From: an uncultured Chloroflexia bacterium
Lineage (GTDB): Bacteria; Chloroflexota; Limnocylindria; Limnocylindrales; CSP1-4
Direction of reading: 5' to 3'
Assembly (NCBI GenBank): GCA_963749705.1
Contig: CAVVNQ010000017.1
Span: 1-47,280 of the forward strand
Length of the DNA: 47,280 nucleotides
Under the pieces are notes generated by a model, which made no database searches, had not been told where the DNA came from, and was given only the letters and a program-made list of their open reading frames with translations. The translations under genes were made by a program, and so were the position numbers. Within the stretch, counting starts at the first letter, position 1. Every line of letters begins with the position of its first letter. This document shows positions 12,028 to 22,305 of this stretch, piece after piece.

Positions 12028-12070
12028 GCGGCGTCATCGGGCGCCCGGCCTGCCGCGACCCGTCCCCGAC

Positions 12071-12174
12071 CCCGGCGCCGGTCCTGCTGCGACTCACCCG
12101 GCGCCGGTCCTGCTGCGACTCACCCGGCGCCGGTCCTGCTGCGACTCACCCGGCGCCGGTCCTGCTGCGACTCA
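12071..12174. repeat. Intergenic tandem repeat, 4 x 26 bp exact
   Basis: CCCGGCGCCGGTCCTGCTGCGACTCA at 12071, 12097, 12123 and 12149. Confidence 0.95.
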
Positions 12175-12279
12175 CCGGGCGCATCAACGGCGGAGTCAGC
12201 CTGGCGGTTCGCAGCCGGATGGACGCCAGATCGGCCTGAAGCCCCTGTCGATGCGCCGGCCTGATGCGCCACGCGAGTC
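12169..12279. repeat. ~111-bp dispersed element with inverted termini (REPIN/MITE-like), copy A
   Basis: Ends GACTCACCGGGCGCATCA / TGATGCGCCACGCGAGTC; first 36 nt match the reverse complement of 31351-31386 at 30/36. Confidence 0.6.
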
Positions 12280-12350
12280 GGGGCGGCGGAGACACGAGAT
12301 GCGACGCCACCGCATGGACCGGCCGGCGCCGGATGGAGTACGGTCGCGCC

Positions 12351-13142
12351 GTGAGCCCCACCAGCCCCCTCCTCGTCGAGCGCACTGGCCCTGACGACGC
12401 GATCGCGATCCTGACACTCCACCGGCCGGCGGCGCTCAACGCGATCGACGACGCGCTGCTCGATGCGCTGCACGCGGGGCTCGATACCCTCGAGCCGGAC
12501 CCGACGCTGCGCGGGGTCGTGATCACCGGCGTCGGCGACCGTGCGTTCTCCACCGGGATGGACCTCAAGGAGCGGGCCGGGTTCTCGGACGACGACCTGC
12601 GCGCCCAGCGGGCTCGGATCGTGTCGCTGATCGCGCGGATCCACGAGCTGCCGGTGGCGACGATCGCGGCCGTCGAGGGGTTCGCGCTGGCCGGCGGCTT
12701 CGAGCTCGCACTGGCCTGCGACCTGATCGTGGCGTCGTCGGCGGCCGTGTTCGGGCTGCCCGAGGTCAAGGTGGGCATCTTTCCGGGCGGCGGCTCGACG
12801 CACACGCTCACCTGGCTGGTCGGCCCGGCCCGGGCCCGCGACGTGATCCTGACCGGGCGCCGGCTGTCCGCGGCCGAAGCCGAGGCGTGGGGGATCGTCG
12901 CCCGGGTGGTGGCCCCCGGGGAAGCCGGCGCGTCGGCCCTGGTACTGGCGAGGTCCATCGCGGAGGGCGCGCCGCTGGGAATCCGCCAGGCGAAGGCCGC
13001 GATCCGCGGCGCGCATCGGGCGCTGGCGGACGGCCTGGCCGAGGAGAACGCGCTGTACGAGGTCGTGCTGGTCTCGCAGGACCGACGCGAAGGGTTCCGG
13101 GCGTTTGCGGAGAAGCGCCGGCCGCGGTTCGAGGGTCGATGA
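12351..13142 (+). CDS. Enoyl-CoA hydratase/isomerase, probable methylglutaconyl-CoA hydratase (LiuC-like)
   Basis: [38 protein letters not shown]; operon context. Confidence 0.85.
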   Translation: MSPTSPLLVERTGPDDAIAILTLHRPAALNAIDDALLDALHAGLDTLEPDPTLRGVVITGVGDRAFSTGMDLKERAGFSDDDLRAQRARIVSLIARIHELPVATIAAVEGFALAGGFELALACDLIVASSAAVFGLPEVKVGIFPGGGSTHTLTWLVGPARARDVILTGRRLSAAEAEAWGIVARVVAPGEAGASALVLARSIAEGAPLGIRQAKAAIRGAHRALADGLAEENALYEVVLVSQDRREGFRAFAEKRRPRFEGR

Positions 13143-13143
13143 G

Positions 13144-14748
13144 GTGACCGTGATCCCGGACAGGCCCCGCGGGCCGGACTTCGACCGCAACCGCGAGGCG
13201 AACCTCGGGCTGGTGCAGGAGCTCCGCGATCGCCTGGAGCAGGTCCGTCGCGGCGGCGGCGAGGAGGCGGTGGCGAAGCATCGGGCCCGGGGAAAGCTGC
13301 TCGCGCGCGAGCGCATCGACCTCCTGGTCGACCCCGGCTCTCCGTTCCTCGAGCTGTCGCCGCTGGCGGCCTGGGACATGTACGACGGCGATGCGCCATC
13401 GGCCGGGATCGTCACCGGGATCGGGGTCGTCGGCGGGCGCGAGGTCGCCATCGTCGCCAACGACGCCACGGTCAAGGGCGGCACGTACTACCCGATGACG
13501 GTCAAGAAGCACCTCCGGCTGCAGGAGGTCGCGGCCGAGAACCGGCTGCCGTGCGTCTACCTCGTCGACAGCGGCGGCGCGTTCCTCCCACTCCAGGCGG
13601 ACGTGTTCCCCGATCGCGAGCACTTCGGGCGGATCTTCTACAACCAGGCGAACCTGTCGGCAGCCGGGATCGCGCAGATCGCGGTCGTGATGGGCTCGTC
13701 GACCGCCGGCGGGGCGTATGTCCCGGCGATGAGCGACGAGACGGTGATCGTCAAGGGCACCGGCACGATCTTCATCGGGGGGCCGCCGCTGGTGAAGGCC
13801 GCGACCGGCGAGGAGGTGTCGGCCGAGGACCTGGGGGGCGCGGACGTCCACACCCGCGTCTCCGGCGTCGCGGACCACTTCGCGGACGACGACCCGCATG
13901 CCCTCGCGATCGCGCGCCGGATCCTGGCCAACGTGCCGGTTCCGTGGAAGGACGCGCCATGGGACGTGCTGCCGTCGCGCGAGCCGCTGTACGACCCTGC
14001 CGACCTGTACGGGATCGTGCCCGCGGACCTGCGCGCCGGCTACGACATCCGGGACGTGATCGCCCGGATCGTCGACGGCTCCGAGCTCGACGAGTTCAAG
14101 GCGCGCTACGGGACCACGCTCGTGACCGGGTTCGCGCGGATCATGGGCTACCCGGTCGGGATCGTCGCCAGCAACGGGATCCTGTTCTCCGAGTCGTCGC
14201 TCAAGGGCGCCCACTTCATCGAGCTGTGCACGAAGCGGCGGATCCCGCTCGTGTTCCTCCAGAACATCACCGGGTTCATGGTCGGGCGCGAGTACGAGAA
14301 CCGGGGGCTCGCGCGCGACGGCGCCAAGATGGTGATGGCCGTCGCCAACGCCCGGGTGCCCAGGTTCACGGTCATCGTCGGGGGCTCGTTCGGGGCCGGC
14401 AACTACGGGATGTGCGGCCGGGCCTACTCGCCGCGCCAGCTGTGGATGTGGCCGAACGCTCGGATCAGCGTGATGGGCGGCCAGCAGGCGGCGAGCGTGC
14501 TGCTCCAGGTCCGGCTCGACAACCTCGCCCGCGAGGGTCGGGACATGACCCACGAGGAGCGCGAGGCATTCTCGGCACCGACGCTCGAGGCATACGAGCG
14601 CGAGGGTTCCCCGTACTACTCGACCGCCCGGCTGTGGGACGACGGCGTGATCGACCCGGTCGACACCCGGATGGTGCTGGCGCTGGGGCTGTCCGCCGCG
14701 CTCAACGCCCCGATCCCGGAGACGCCGTTCGGCGTCTTCCGGATGTAG
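13144..14748 (+). CDS. liuB: 3-methylcrotonyl-CoA carboxylase beta subunit (carboxyltransferase)
   Basis: [65 protein letters not shown], terminal FGVFRM. Confidence 0.9.
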   Translation: MTVIPDRPRGPDFDRNREANLGLVQELRDRLEQVRRGGGEEAVAKHRARGKLLARERIDLLVDPGSPFLELSPLAAWDMYDGDAPSAGIVTGIGVVGGREVAIVANDATVKGGTYYPMTVKKHLRLQEVAAENRLPCVYLVDSGGAFLPLQADVFPDREHFGRIFYNQANLSAAGIAQIAVVMGSSTAGGAYVPAMSDETVIVKGTGTIFIGGPPLVKAATGEEVSAEDLGGADVHTRVSGVADHFADDDPHALAIARRILANVPVPWKDAPWDVLPSREPLYDPADLYGIVPADLRAGYDIRDVIARIVDGSELDEFKARYGTTLVTGFARIMGYPVGIVASNGILFSESSLKGAHFIELCTKRRIPLVFLQNITGFMVGREYENRGLARDGAKMVMAVANARVPRFTVIVGGSFGAGNYGMCGRAYSPRQLWMWPNARISVMGGQQAASVLLQVRLDNLAREGRDMTHEEREAFSAPTLEAYEREGSPYYSTARLWDDGVIDPVDTRMVLALGLSAALNAPIPETPFGVFRM

Positions 14749-14759
14749 CGGTCGAGCGG

Positions 14760-16913
14760 TTGGGCACGTCCGGCTCCGGGGCGCAGCTGTCCGCCTCCGC
14801 GAGCGGGTGGCCCGCGTTTTCGTCGGTTCTGGTCGCGAACCGGGGGGAGATCGCGATGCGCGTGATGCGGACGTGCGCGCGCCTCGGGATCCGGACCATC
14901 GCCGTCTACTCCGATGCGGATTCGCGATCGCCGTTCGTCCGGGCGGCGGACACCGCGGTCCGCCTGGGGCCCGGCCCGGCGGCCGAGAGCTACCTCCGGA
15001 TGGACGCCATTCTCGGGGCGGCGGCGACGACCGGCGCGGAGGCGATCCACCCGGGTTACGGGTTCCTGGCCGAGAACGCCGCGTTTGCCGAGGCGGTCGA
15101 GACGGCCGGTCTGGTCTGGGTCGGGCCGCCGGCCGACGCCATGCGCATGCTGGGCGACAAGGCACGGGCCAAGGCGCTGGCAGAGGCGAACGGGGTGCCG
15201 GTGCTGCCGGGATACCACGGCGAGGCGGCATCGGACGAGGAGCTGGCGGCACGGGCGGCCGGGATCGGGTTCCCGCTGCTGGTCAAGGCGAGCGCCGGGG
15301 GCGGCGGGCGCGGGATGCGCGCGGTGCGGTCCGTGGATGCGCTGCCGGAGGCGCTGGCCGGTGCGCGTCGCGAGGCGGCGGCCGCGTTCGGGGATGACCG
15401 GTTGCTGCTGGAGCGGTACCTCGAGCTTCCCCGGCACGTCGAGGTCCAGGTGCTGGGCGATGCCCACGGCACGCTCGTCCACCTCGGCGAGCGCGAGTGC
15501 AGCGTCCAGCGGCGTCACCAGAAGCTGATCGAGGAGTCGCCGTCGCCCGCGGTGTCGGCGGCGCTGCGAGCGGCGATGGGCGAGGCGGCGCTCCGGCTCG
15601 CCCGTGCGGCCGGGTACCGGAACGCCGGGACCGTCGAGTTCCTGCTCGACGAATCCGGGGCGTTCTACTTTCTCGAGGTCAATGCGCGGCTCCAGGTGGA
15701 GCATCCGGTAACCGAGGCGGTCACCGGCCTCGATCTCGTCGAGCAGCAGCTGCGGGTCGCGGCCGGCGAGCCGCTGGGGTTCTCGCAGGCTGACGTTCGC
15801 GTCGACGGTCACGCGATGGAGCTGCGGATCGTGGCCGAGGATGTGGGGGCGGGCTTCCTGCCCGCGACCGGCGTCGTCACGGCGCTCGATCTGCCCGGGG
15901 GCGTGCGCGTCGACACGGGGATTGCCGCGGGCTCCGTGATCACGCCCTTCTACGACTCGCTGCTCGCCAAGGTGATCGCCCACGGCTGGGACCGGGACGA
16001 CACGATCGCCACCCTGCGCGACGCGCTGGACTCGACGCGGATCGAAGGCGTGACCACCAACATCGACCTGCTCGCGGCCGTGCTCGACGAGCCCGCGTTC
16101 GCCGCGGGTGACCTCGACACCGGGTTCCTCGATGCGCATCGGGTGGTCGATCGACTGGCGGCGGTGCCGGTCGAGGTGGTTGCGGCGGCCGCGGCGGCTC
16201 GATCGCTGGCACCGATGACGGCGGCGGAGGGTCCGGCCGTTGATCGACCCCCGCTACCGATGAGCGTCGCCGCATCGGGCAGTCCGTGGCTGTCGGGCAG
16301 TCCGTGGCCATCGGGTAGTCCGTGGCCATCGGGTAGTCCGTGGCTGTCGGGCAGTCCCTGGCTATCGGGTCGTCCCTGGCGGCATGGGCGATCGGGCGAG
16401 CGAACCCGGTGGCTCGCCGGGGGACGCGAGCGCGAAGCGCTGACCACGGTCGCCTCCGGTCTCGATGGCGCGACCGTGATCGTCGACGGCCGTGCCATCG
16501 AAACCACCTGGCTCGGTGGCGATGCCGGCGAGGGGTGGTCGGTGGAGGTGGCGGGGGACCCGGCGCTCGTTCGGCCGGCGGTCGGAGCTCGCGTCGCGGA
16601 GACCGTGACCTGGCGCGGCCGCCGGCATCGCATCGCGCTCGCGCCGCCGCCGTCCGCGGAGACGCTCACGTCCGACGCCGATGCATCGGACGCGCTCGTC
16701 GCCCCGATGCACGGCCGGATCGTGCGCATCCACGTCTCGGTGGGCGACCATGTACGCGCAAATGCCCCGCTGCTGGTGCTCGAAGCGATGAAGATGGAGC
16801 ACGTGATCGCCGCCACGGCCCCGGGCCGCGTCACGCGGTTGCACGTCGGCGTCGGTGACCAGGTGAGCCGCGGCGCGCCGCTGGTCGATCTCGACGCCCT
16901 GGAGACCGGCTGA
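14760..16913 (+). CDS. liuD: 3-methylcrotonyl-CoA carboxylase alpha subunit (biotin carboxylase + BCCP); start uncertain
   Basis: LVANRGEIA, HPGYGFLAEN, GGGGRGMR, RECSVQRRHQK, RLQVEHPVTE, EAMKME biotinylation site; TTG 14760 is the nearest plausible start after liuB. Confidence 0.88.
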   Translation: MGTSGSGAQLSASASGWPAFSSVLVANRGEIAMRVMRTCARLGIRTIAVYSDADSRSPFVRAADTAVRLGPGPAAESYLRMDAILGAAATTGAEAIHPGYGFLAENAAFAEAVETAGLVWVGPPADAMRMLGDKARAKALAEANGVPVLPGYHGEAASDEELAARAAGIGFPLLVKASAGGGGRGMRAVRSVDALPEALAGARREAAAAFGDDRLLLERYLELPRHVEVQVLGDAHGTLVHLGERECSVQRRHQKLIEESPSPAVSAALRAAMGEAALRLARAAGYRNAGTVEFLLDESGAFYFLEVNARLQVEHPVTEAVTGLDLVEQQLRVAAGEPLGFSQADVRVDGHAMELRIVAEDVGAGFLPATGVVTALDLPGGVRVDTGIAAGSVITPFYDSLLAKVIAHGWDRDDTIATLRDALDSTRIEGVTTNIDLLAAVLDEPAFAAGDLDTGFLDAHRVVDRLAAVPVEVVAAAAAARSLAPMTAAEGPAVDRPPLPMSVAASGSPWLSGSPWPSGSPWPSGSPWLSGSPWLSGRPWRHGRSGERTRWLAGGREREALTTVASGLDGATVIVDGRAIETTWLGGDAGEGWSVEVAGDPALVRPAVGARVAETVTWRGRRHRIALAPPPSAETLTSDADASDALVAPMHGRIVRIHVSVGDHVRANAPLLVLEAMKMEHVIAATAPGRVTRLHVGVGDQVSRGAPLVDLDALETG
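16275..16382 (+). repeat. Intragenic 6 x 18-bp repeat encoding (SG[S/R]PW[L/P/R])6
   Basis: TCGGGYMGTCCSTGGCNN units in frame within the MCC alpha gene. Confidence 0.92.
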
Positions 16914-16914
16914 C

Positions 16915-17859
16915 ATGGCGCTCCCGTCGCGAGTCACGATCGTCGAGGTCGGTCCGCGGGACGGCCTCCAGAACGAGGCCGAGGAGATCCCCACGGCAGT
17001 CAAGGTGGGGTTCGTCGACCGGCTCACGGACGCCGGCCTCCCGGTCATCGAGGCCACCTCGTTCGTGCATCCCCGCGCGGTGCCCCAGCTGGCCGACGCG
17101 GACGAGCTGCTGCGGGCGATCCGCCGCGGACCGGGCGTCCGGTATCCGGTCCTCGTCCCGACCCCTCGCGGCCTGGAGCGGGCGCTGGCGGCCGGCGCCG
17201 ACGAGGTGGCGGTCGTGATCGGTGCCACCGACGCGTTCAACCGGGCGAACCTCAACCGGACCGTCGACGGCGCCCTGGCCGATGCGGCGCTCGTCATCGG
17301 CGAGGCACGCTCGGGCGGTGTGCGAACGCGCGGCTACGTGTCGGTCGCGTTCGGCTGCCCATACGAGGGCGCGGTGGCCCCGGCCACTACCGCCTCGGTC
17401 GCCGCCCGGCTCATCGACATGGGCTGCGACGAGATCAGCCTCGGGGACACGATCGGCGCGGCCACGCCGGGCGACATCGGCCGGGTCCTCGACGCGGTCC
17501 TCCGGATCGTGTCTGCCAGCCGCGTCGGGCTCCACGCCCACGACACGCGGGGCCAGGCCCTGGCCAACGTGTACGCGGCGCTCGAGCGCGGGATCACGAT
17601 CTTCGACAGCTCGGCCGGCGGTCTGGGCGGCTGTCCGTTCGCGGGGCCCGGCGCGGTGGGCAACCTGGCGACGGAGGATCTCATCTACCTCCTCGACGGG
17701 CTGGGCATTGCCCACGGCGCGAGCCTCGAGGGCGTGCTCGCCGCGTCGGCGTTCATCGAGGATGCGGTGGGGCACCCGCTGCGAAGCAGGACGTACCAGG
17801 CGGGCGGGCGACCGAGGACGCGTTCGCTGCCGGGAGGCTCGCCCGGATCCGGCACCTGA
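16915..17859 (+). CDS. liuE: Hydroxymethylglutaryl-CoA lyase
   Basis: EVGPRDGLQNE, SFVHPRAVPQLAD, HAHDTRGQALAN, GLGGCPFAGPGAVGNLATED. Confidence 0.92.
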   Translation: MALPSRVTIVEVGPRDGLQNEAEEIPTAVKVGFVDRLTDAGLPVIEATSFVHPRAVPQLADADELLRAIRRGPGVRYPVLVPTPRGLERALAAGADEVAVVIGATDAFNRANLNRTVDGALADAALVIGEARSGGVRTRGYVSVAFGCPYEGAVAPATTASVAARLIDMGCDEISLGDTIGAATPGDIGRVLDAVLRIVSASRVGLHAHDTRGQALANVYAALERGITIFDSSAGGLGGCPFAGPGAVGNLATEDLIYLLDGLGIAHGASLEGVLAASAFIEDAVGHPLRSRTYQAGGRPRTRSLPGGSPGSGT

Positions 17860-17935
17860 GGGTCCGGCCCGTCAGGGTCTGGCGCCTCGCCCGCAGGGTC
17901 TGCCACTTCGCGCGAGTCGATGGCGGGGGCACCGT

Positions 17936-18697
17936 TCAGGTCTGGATGCCACGCGGCTGTCCGCCCATGAGCCTGGTGGCCGAACCATCGACCTGGACCC
18001 ACACGATCGCATCGCCCGGCCAGGGAGTGTGATCCACCGTCAGAGCCGCGATGCCGGCTGATGTCGAGGCGGGGTAGGCGGTCGAGAACGTCCGCGGCAC
18101 GGTCGCGACGAGGTCGCGCATGGCGGCGCTCGAGCGGAGCAGGAGCAGGCGGCCGATGCGAGGCGGCTCCGGCCGATCGAGCCAGGGCCAGCCTCTCGCC
18201 GATGGCAGGGCATCGGCCTTCTGCCCGGCCCACCGGAGCTGGTGCTCGACCGCGTGGATGGCGCTGTGCGCCTCGCCCGCAACGATGTCTCCGGACGCTC
18301 GATCCTGCAGCACGACATCGATGACGCCGCGGACCGGCTGGTAGACGGCCACCTCGAGCCGGACGACCCACCGCCGGTGGAGCGCGTCGAGCAACGCTTC
18401 GACCATCCGTGCCTGGATATGGTCGCGCACGCGTGGCCCGGTCGTCGGGAACAGGCGGAACGACACGTCGTGACCGAGGCCGGCGGCCGCTGCGACGATG
18501 GCCTCGATACTGGCCGATCGGCCGCCTCCCTCGACACGTGCGAGGTGGCTCGGATCCACGCCGACCGCCTGTCCAAGGCGTCGCAGCGACACGTTCTCGT
18601 CCTGCCGAACCCGTCTCAGCTCAGCCGCGACCGCCAGTCGGACGGCTCGCTGACGCGCGAGGATCTCTCGCTCGATGCTCGTCGCACCCACCTTCAA
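17936..18697 (-). CDS. XRE-type HTH protein fused to a PD-(D/E)XK-like nuclease-fold domain
   Basis: ELRRVR...SLRRLGQAVGVDPSHLARVEGG HTH; C-terminal E(V)...GVIDVVL...IVAGEAH; start TTG 18697 or GTG 18691. Confidence 0.7.
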   Translation of the reverse strand: MKVGATSIEREILARQRAVRLAVAAELRRVRQDENVSLRRLGQAVGVDPSHLARVEGGGRSASIEAIVAAAAGLGHDVSFRLFPTTGPRVRDHIQARMVEALLDALHRRWVVRLEVAVYQPVRGVIDVVLQDRASGDIVAGEAHSAIHAVEHQLRWAGQKADALPSARGWPWLDRPEPPRIGRLLLLRSSAAMRDLVATVPRTFSTAYPASTSAGIAALTVDHTPWPGDAIVWVQVDGSATRLMGGQPRGIQT

Positions 18698-18789
18698 CTC
18701 CCAAGTGCGCCGGCGGGTGTGGTGCGACAGTCAACGACATGACCCTTACCGCGGGCTTACCAGAGCCCGGGCGAGGTCGCAGCCGGGTC

Positions 18790-19100
18790 CTGCGGTCTGG
18801 GGCGCCACGGAATCGGGTTGGCGGCCGAGGCAGGTGGTGGTCGAGGTGGGGATCGTGGCGCCACAGGCTACGAAGACGCTGCGCCTCCCGCGGGCCGCCT
18901 CGATTCGTGGCCTCTCAGGCCTCGGGGAGGGCGTGTCCGGAACGGCAGCCCGGAACGGCAGCCCGGAACCGTGGCGCCACTGACCACGAAGACGCCACGC
19001 CTCCCGCGGGCGGCCCGGATTCGTGGCGCCACAGGCCACGGCGATCGTGTATCCGGACCGGCAGCCCGAAATCGTGGCGCCACAGACCCCGGAGCCACGG
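18790..19100. repeat. Array of palindromic ~20-bp repeats with ~51-52 bp period and alternating spacers
   Basis: GTGGCGCCAC core at 18855, 18971, 19023 and 19074, variant at 18907, inverted copy at 18794-18809. Confidence 0.85.
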
Positions 19101-19184
19101 AGTCGTCCGGGACCAAGGAATCGGCCGGGCCGCCCGGGTCGAACGGGCCGCCCAGACCCGCCGGGTCGGCAAGTGCGGCCAGAG

Positions 19185-20658
19185 CTATGCGGTGCCGACC
19201 CCGTCCGGCACGCCCGGCAGCGGTCCGGCCAGCCCGAACGGCGCGCCGGCCTCGCGGATCCGGCCGACCATCGATGCCAGCACGACCGGATCGATCTCCG
19301 GTAGCGCGTGGCGCGCGACCAGCTCGTCGGCTCGCACACGCGCCCGCGCGAAGGCGTCGAGGCCACCCGCATCCAGCCAGGCTCGCCGCGAGTCGCGGTC
19401 GATCACCTTCGACGGCAGGAACTGCTCGCCACGGAACAGCCGCCGGGTGTCCTCGAGCTCGAGGAACCGGCCCTCGGGTCCCGCGGCCGCGAACAGACCG
19501 GTCGCCAGCGTCTCGGTCGGCGTCCCGATGCCCCGCAGCAGGCGCTGGACCATCCCGATGGCGTCGGCGTCGATCACCAGCTTCTCGGCGCTCTGGGCGA
19601 GCAGGAAGTCGAGCATCCCGGCGCCGCTGATCATGTCGATGCCGGCCAGGCCGCCGACCAGGGCCGTCATCCCCGTCTCGAGCCCGGCCTGCGCGTCGAT
19701 GACCTTGGAGTCCGTCGCACCCAGGTACCCGTGCGTCGGCAGGCCCAACGAATGACCGACCGCCGCATTGCCCGCGTTGATCAGCCCGGTCTCGATGGCG
19801 CCCATCGGCGTCGATCCGCTGCGCATGTCGACGATGGTCGGCGCGCCGCCCCACACGATGGGAGCGCCGGGCTCGGCCAGCTGGTGCAGGACGACGCCCG
19901 CCAGCAATTCGGCGGCATGCTGGACGATCGACCCGATGAGGGTGACCGGCGACGCCACACCGGCGAGGGGCATCGAGATCAGCTCGGCCGGGACGTGCGC
20001 CCGGGCCAGGTCCATCACGTTCCGGCACGCGAACTCGGACCAGGTGAGCGGCGGGGACGGGCAGACGTCGAACACCGCCCGCGGCTTGGCGGCCAGCGCC
20101 TCGCGACCGCCGGCGTCGAGCGCCAGGAGGTCCAGCATCACGCCGGCTCCCCGCGGCGTGAACGCCCCGGTGACCACCGGCTTCGACGAATGCAGCAGCA
20201 CCACGAACAGCCGGTACACGTCCCCGATCTCGGTCGGCGCGTCGTGGCACACGATCGCGGTGGACACCGCGTCGTACGCCGGCAACGCGTCGGCGACCCG
20301 GATCAGGCGCGCCAGGTCGGCGGCCATCGACTGACGGGTGTCGAGCGTCTCGGGATCCAGCACGGCGACCCCGGATGACCCGGGGTCGAAGTGGACGATG
20401 CCCTGCCCGTAGCGGACCGCCGGACGGCCGGCACGATCGAACAGGTCGAACGACTGCGGGAACCGTGTCGAGGGCGCGCCGGACCATCGCCTCCGGGATG
20501 GCGACCCGTTCCCCGTCCGCGGTGGCGCCACCGCCCACGAGGAGGGCGATCGCCTCGGGCTCCTCGACCTTGACGCCCGGGTCGCGAAGGAGCTGGAGCG
20601 CCTCGTCGACGACGCGCGCGATCAGGCCGGGATCGAGGAGCTCGAAGCGGGGTCGCAT
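19185..20658 (-). CDS. Trimethylamine methyltransferase (MttB) superfamily, non-pyrrolysine; +1 frameshift near 20459
   Basis: ATG 20658 with GGAGG RBS; MRPRFELL...ALDTVP continues in another frame as PQSFDLFDRAG; SPVTLIG, TDSKVIDAQAGLE, GAGMLD; ~490 aa when corrected. Confidence 0.85.
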
Positions 20659-20744
20659 TGGCGAAAACCTCCGGGAGTGGGGCGTCGGCTCGGGCCGCGG
20701 ATGGCGGGCACCGAGCCGGGTTGGATGAGGGATCGGGTCCGGGG

Positions 20745-22223
20745 CTAGCGCACGCCGGCGAGCTCGGCGCCCGCGGAACGTCCGTGCGCCGCGATGATCC
20801 GGTCGAGCTCGGCATCGAGCGCCGGGTCCAGCGGCTCGGGCCGGTGGTCCCGCAGCAGGGTCCGCGCCCGCTCGATCGCCGCCCGATGCGTCGCGTCCGG
20901 GTCCTCCTCCCACTGCCCGTACGGCCGCCGGTCGAGGTAGCGCGCCTGCCACATGCCGCGCATCGTCGCTCGGGTGTGCTCGGCGGTGAGGTAGTCGCCG
21001 ATCGGCCCGACCTCGCGGATCGTCGACAGCGCGAGCGCCTCGTCGTCCCACGGGATGCCCTGGAGCATGGCCTTGACGATCCCGTCGATCTCGGTGTCGA
21101 GGATCATCTGCTCGTACGACCAGATCCGGCTGCCGTGGAGCAGCCCGGCCCCGAGCAGCATGTCCGACCCGACCACCGACGCCATGAACGACGACAGCGA
21201 GTTCTCGACGCCGGCCTGCCAGTCGGGCCGCTTGGCGCCCGTGGCGTAGGCGCCCATCGACAGCGGCACGTCGTAGAAGTCGGCCAGCGCGTTGGTTGCG
21301 GCACCGAACAGGAAGTCCTCGGGGCCGCCGCCGGTGTACGCGCCGGTCCGCAGGTCCATCGCCGTCTGGGCGGCGGCGTAGTAGACGGGCGCGCCGGGGT
21401 GCTCGAGCTGGATCAGCGCGAGCGCCGAGATGACCTCCGCGTTGCCCACCACCAGCGAGCCCGCGACCGTGGTCGGGCCGCTGAACGCGCACGAGACCAT
21501 GGTCATGAACCCGACCGGGACGCCGGCCTCGGCGGCCACCAGGGCCGACTCCACCGCGCCGTCGTCGTGGGCGAGCGGGCTGATCGTGCACTGCATCAGC
21601 GACAGCACGGGGCGCGAGCGGAGCTCGTTGCGCCCGCCGACGATCGCGGCCGCCATCTCGATCGCCGCCGCGGTCTCCGAGGGGGTGACGATGCTCTCGG
21701 TCTGGACGTGCTTGGTGGAGCTGCGCCAGACGGCCGCCAGCTCCTCGAGCCCGCGGGTCTCCGGCGGCCGGTCCTGGGCGCTCACCGCGACCCAGTGGAA
21801 CGCGATCGGGTCGAGCGCGTCGGCGACGCGCGCGATGTCGGCCACGTCCTGGAGCGAGGAGCGCCGGCGCTCGCCGGTCCACGCATCCAGCACCTCGATG
21901 CCGCAGCCGTCGGTGGCCAGGTAGACGTGCTTGCCGTCGAGCGGCAGGTCGTGCGCGGGATCGCGGCCGGCCAGCGTGTACGCGGGCGGCGCGCTGCGCA
22001 TCGCGCCCTCGATCACGTGGCGCGGCACGCGGACCACGGAGGTCGCGCGATCCACGGTGGCGCCGTGCTTCGCCCACAGGTCGAGCAGTCGCTCGGACGG
22101 GAACCGGACCCCGACCGTCTCGATGATCTCGAGCGTGGCGTCGTGGATCCGGCGGACGGCCGCAGGGGAAAGGACCTCGAGCCGCGGGCGATGGTCCGCG
22201 GCGTGGTGCCGTGTCGTGCTCAT
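20745..22223 (-). CDS. MttB-superfamily methyltransferase, non-pyrrolysine
   Basis: 492 aa; IHDATLEI, ISPL, PTTVAGSLV..NAE, PGAPV, PDWQAGVE, GAGLL. Confidence 0.9.
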   Translation of the reverse strand: MSTTRHHAADHRPRLEVLSPAAVRRIHDATLEIIETVGVRFPSERLLDLWAKHGATVDRATSVVRVPRHVIEGAMRSAPPAYTLAGRDPAHDLPLDGKHVYLATDGCGIEVLDAWTGERRRSSLQDVADIARVADALDPIAFHWVAVSAQDRPPETRGLEELAAVWRSSTKHVQTESIVTPSETAAAIEMAAAIVGGRNELRSRPVLSLMQCTISPLAHDDGAVESALVAAEAGVPVGFMTMVSCAFSGPTTVAGSLVVGNAEVISALALIQLEHPGAPVYYAAAQTAMDLRTGAYTGGGPEDFLFGAATNALADFYDVPLSMGAYATGAKRPDWQAGVENSLSSFMASVVGSDMLLGAGLLHGSRIWSYEQMILDTEIDGIVKAMLQGIPWDDEALALSTIREVGPIGDYLTAEHTRATMRGMWQARYLDRRPYGQWEEDPDATHRAAIERARTLLRDHRPEPLDPALDAELDRIIAAHGRSAGAELAGVR

Positions 22224-22305
22224 CAGTGCCTCCGGCCCGACGGCGTGCCGCCGGGCAGCTGTCCCCGATCGCGGGACCGCGGACGGTCGCGCGACGGGAC
22301 GTGTC

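Noticed and set aside
12071-12174. CRISPR array
   Set aside because: Head-to-tail repeats with no spacers
18790-19100. CRISPR array
   Set aside because: Repeats are short and degenerate, spacers recur (A-B-A-B), one unit is inverted, and there are no cas genes; kept as a non-CRISPR array
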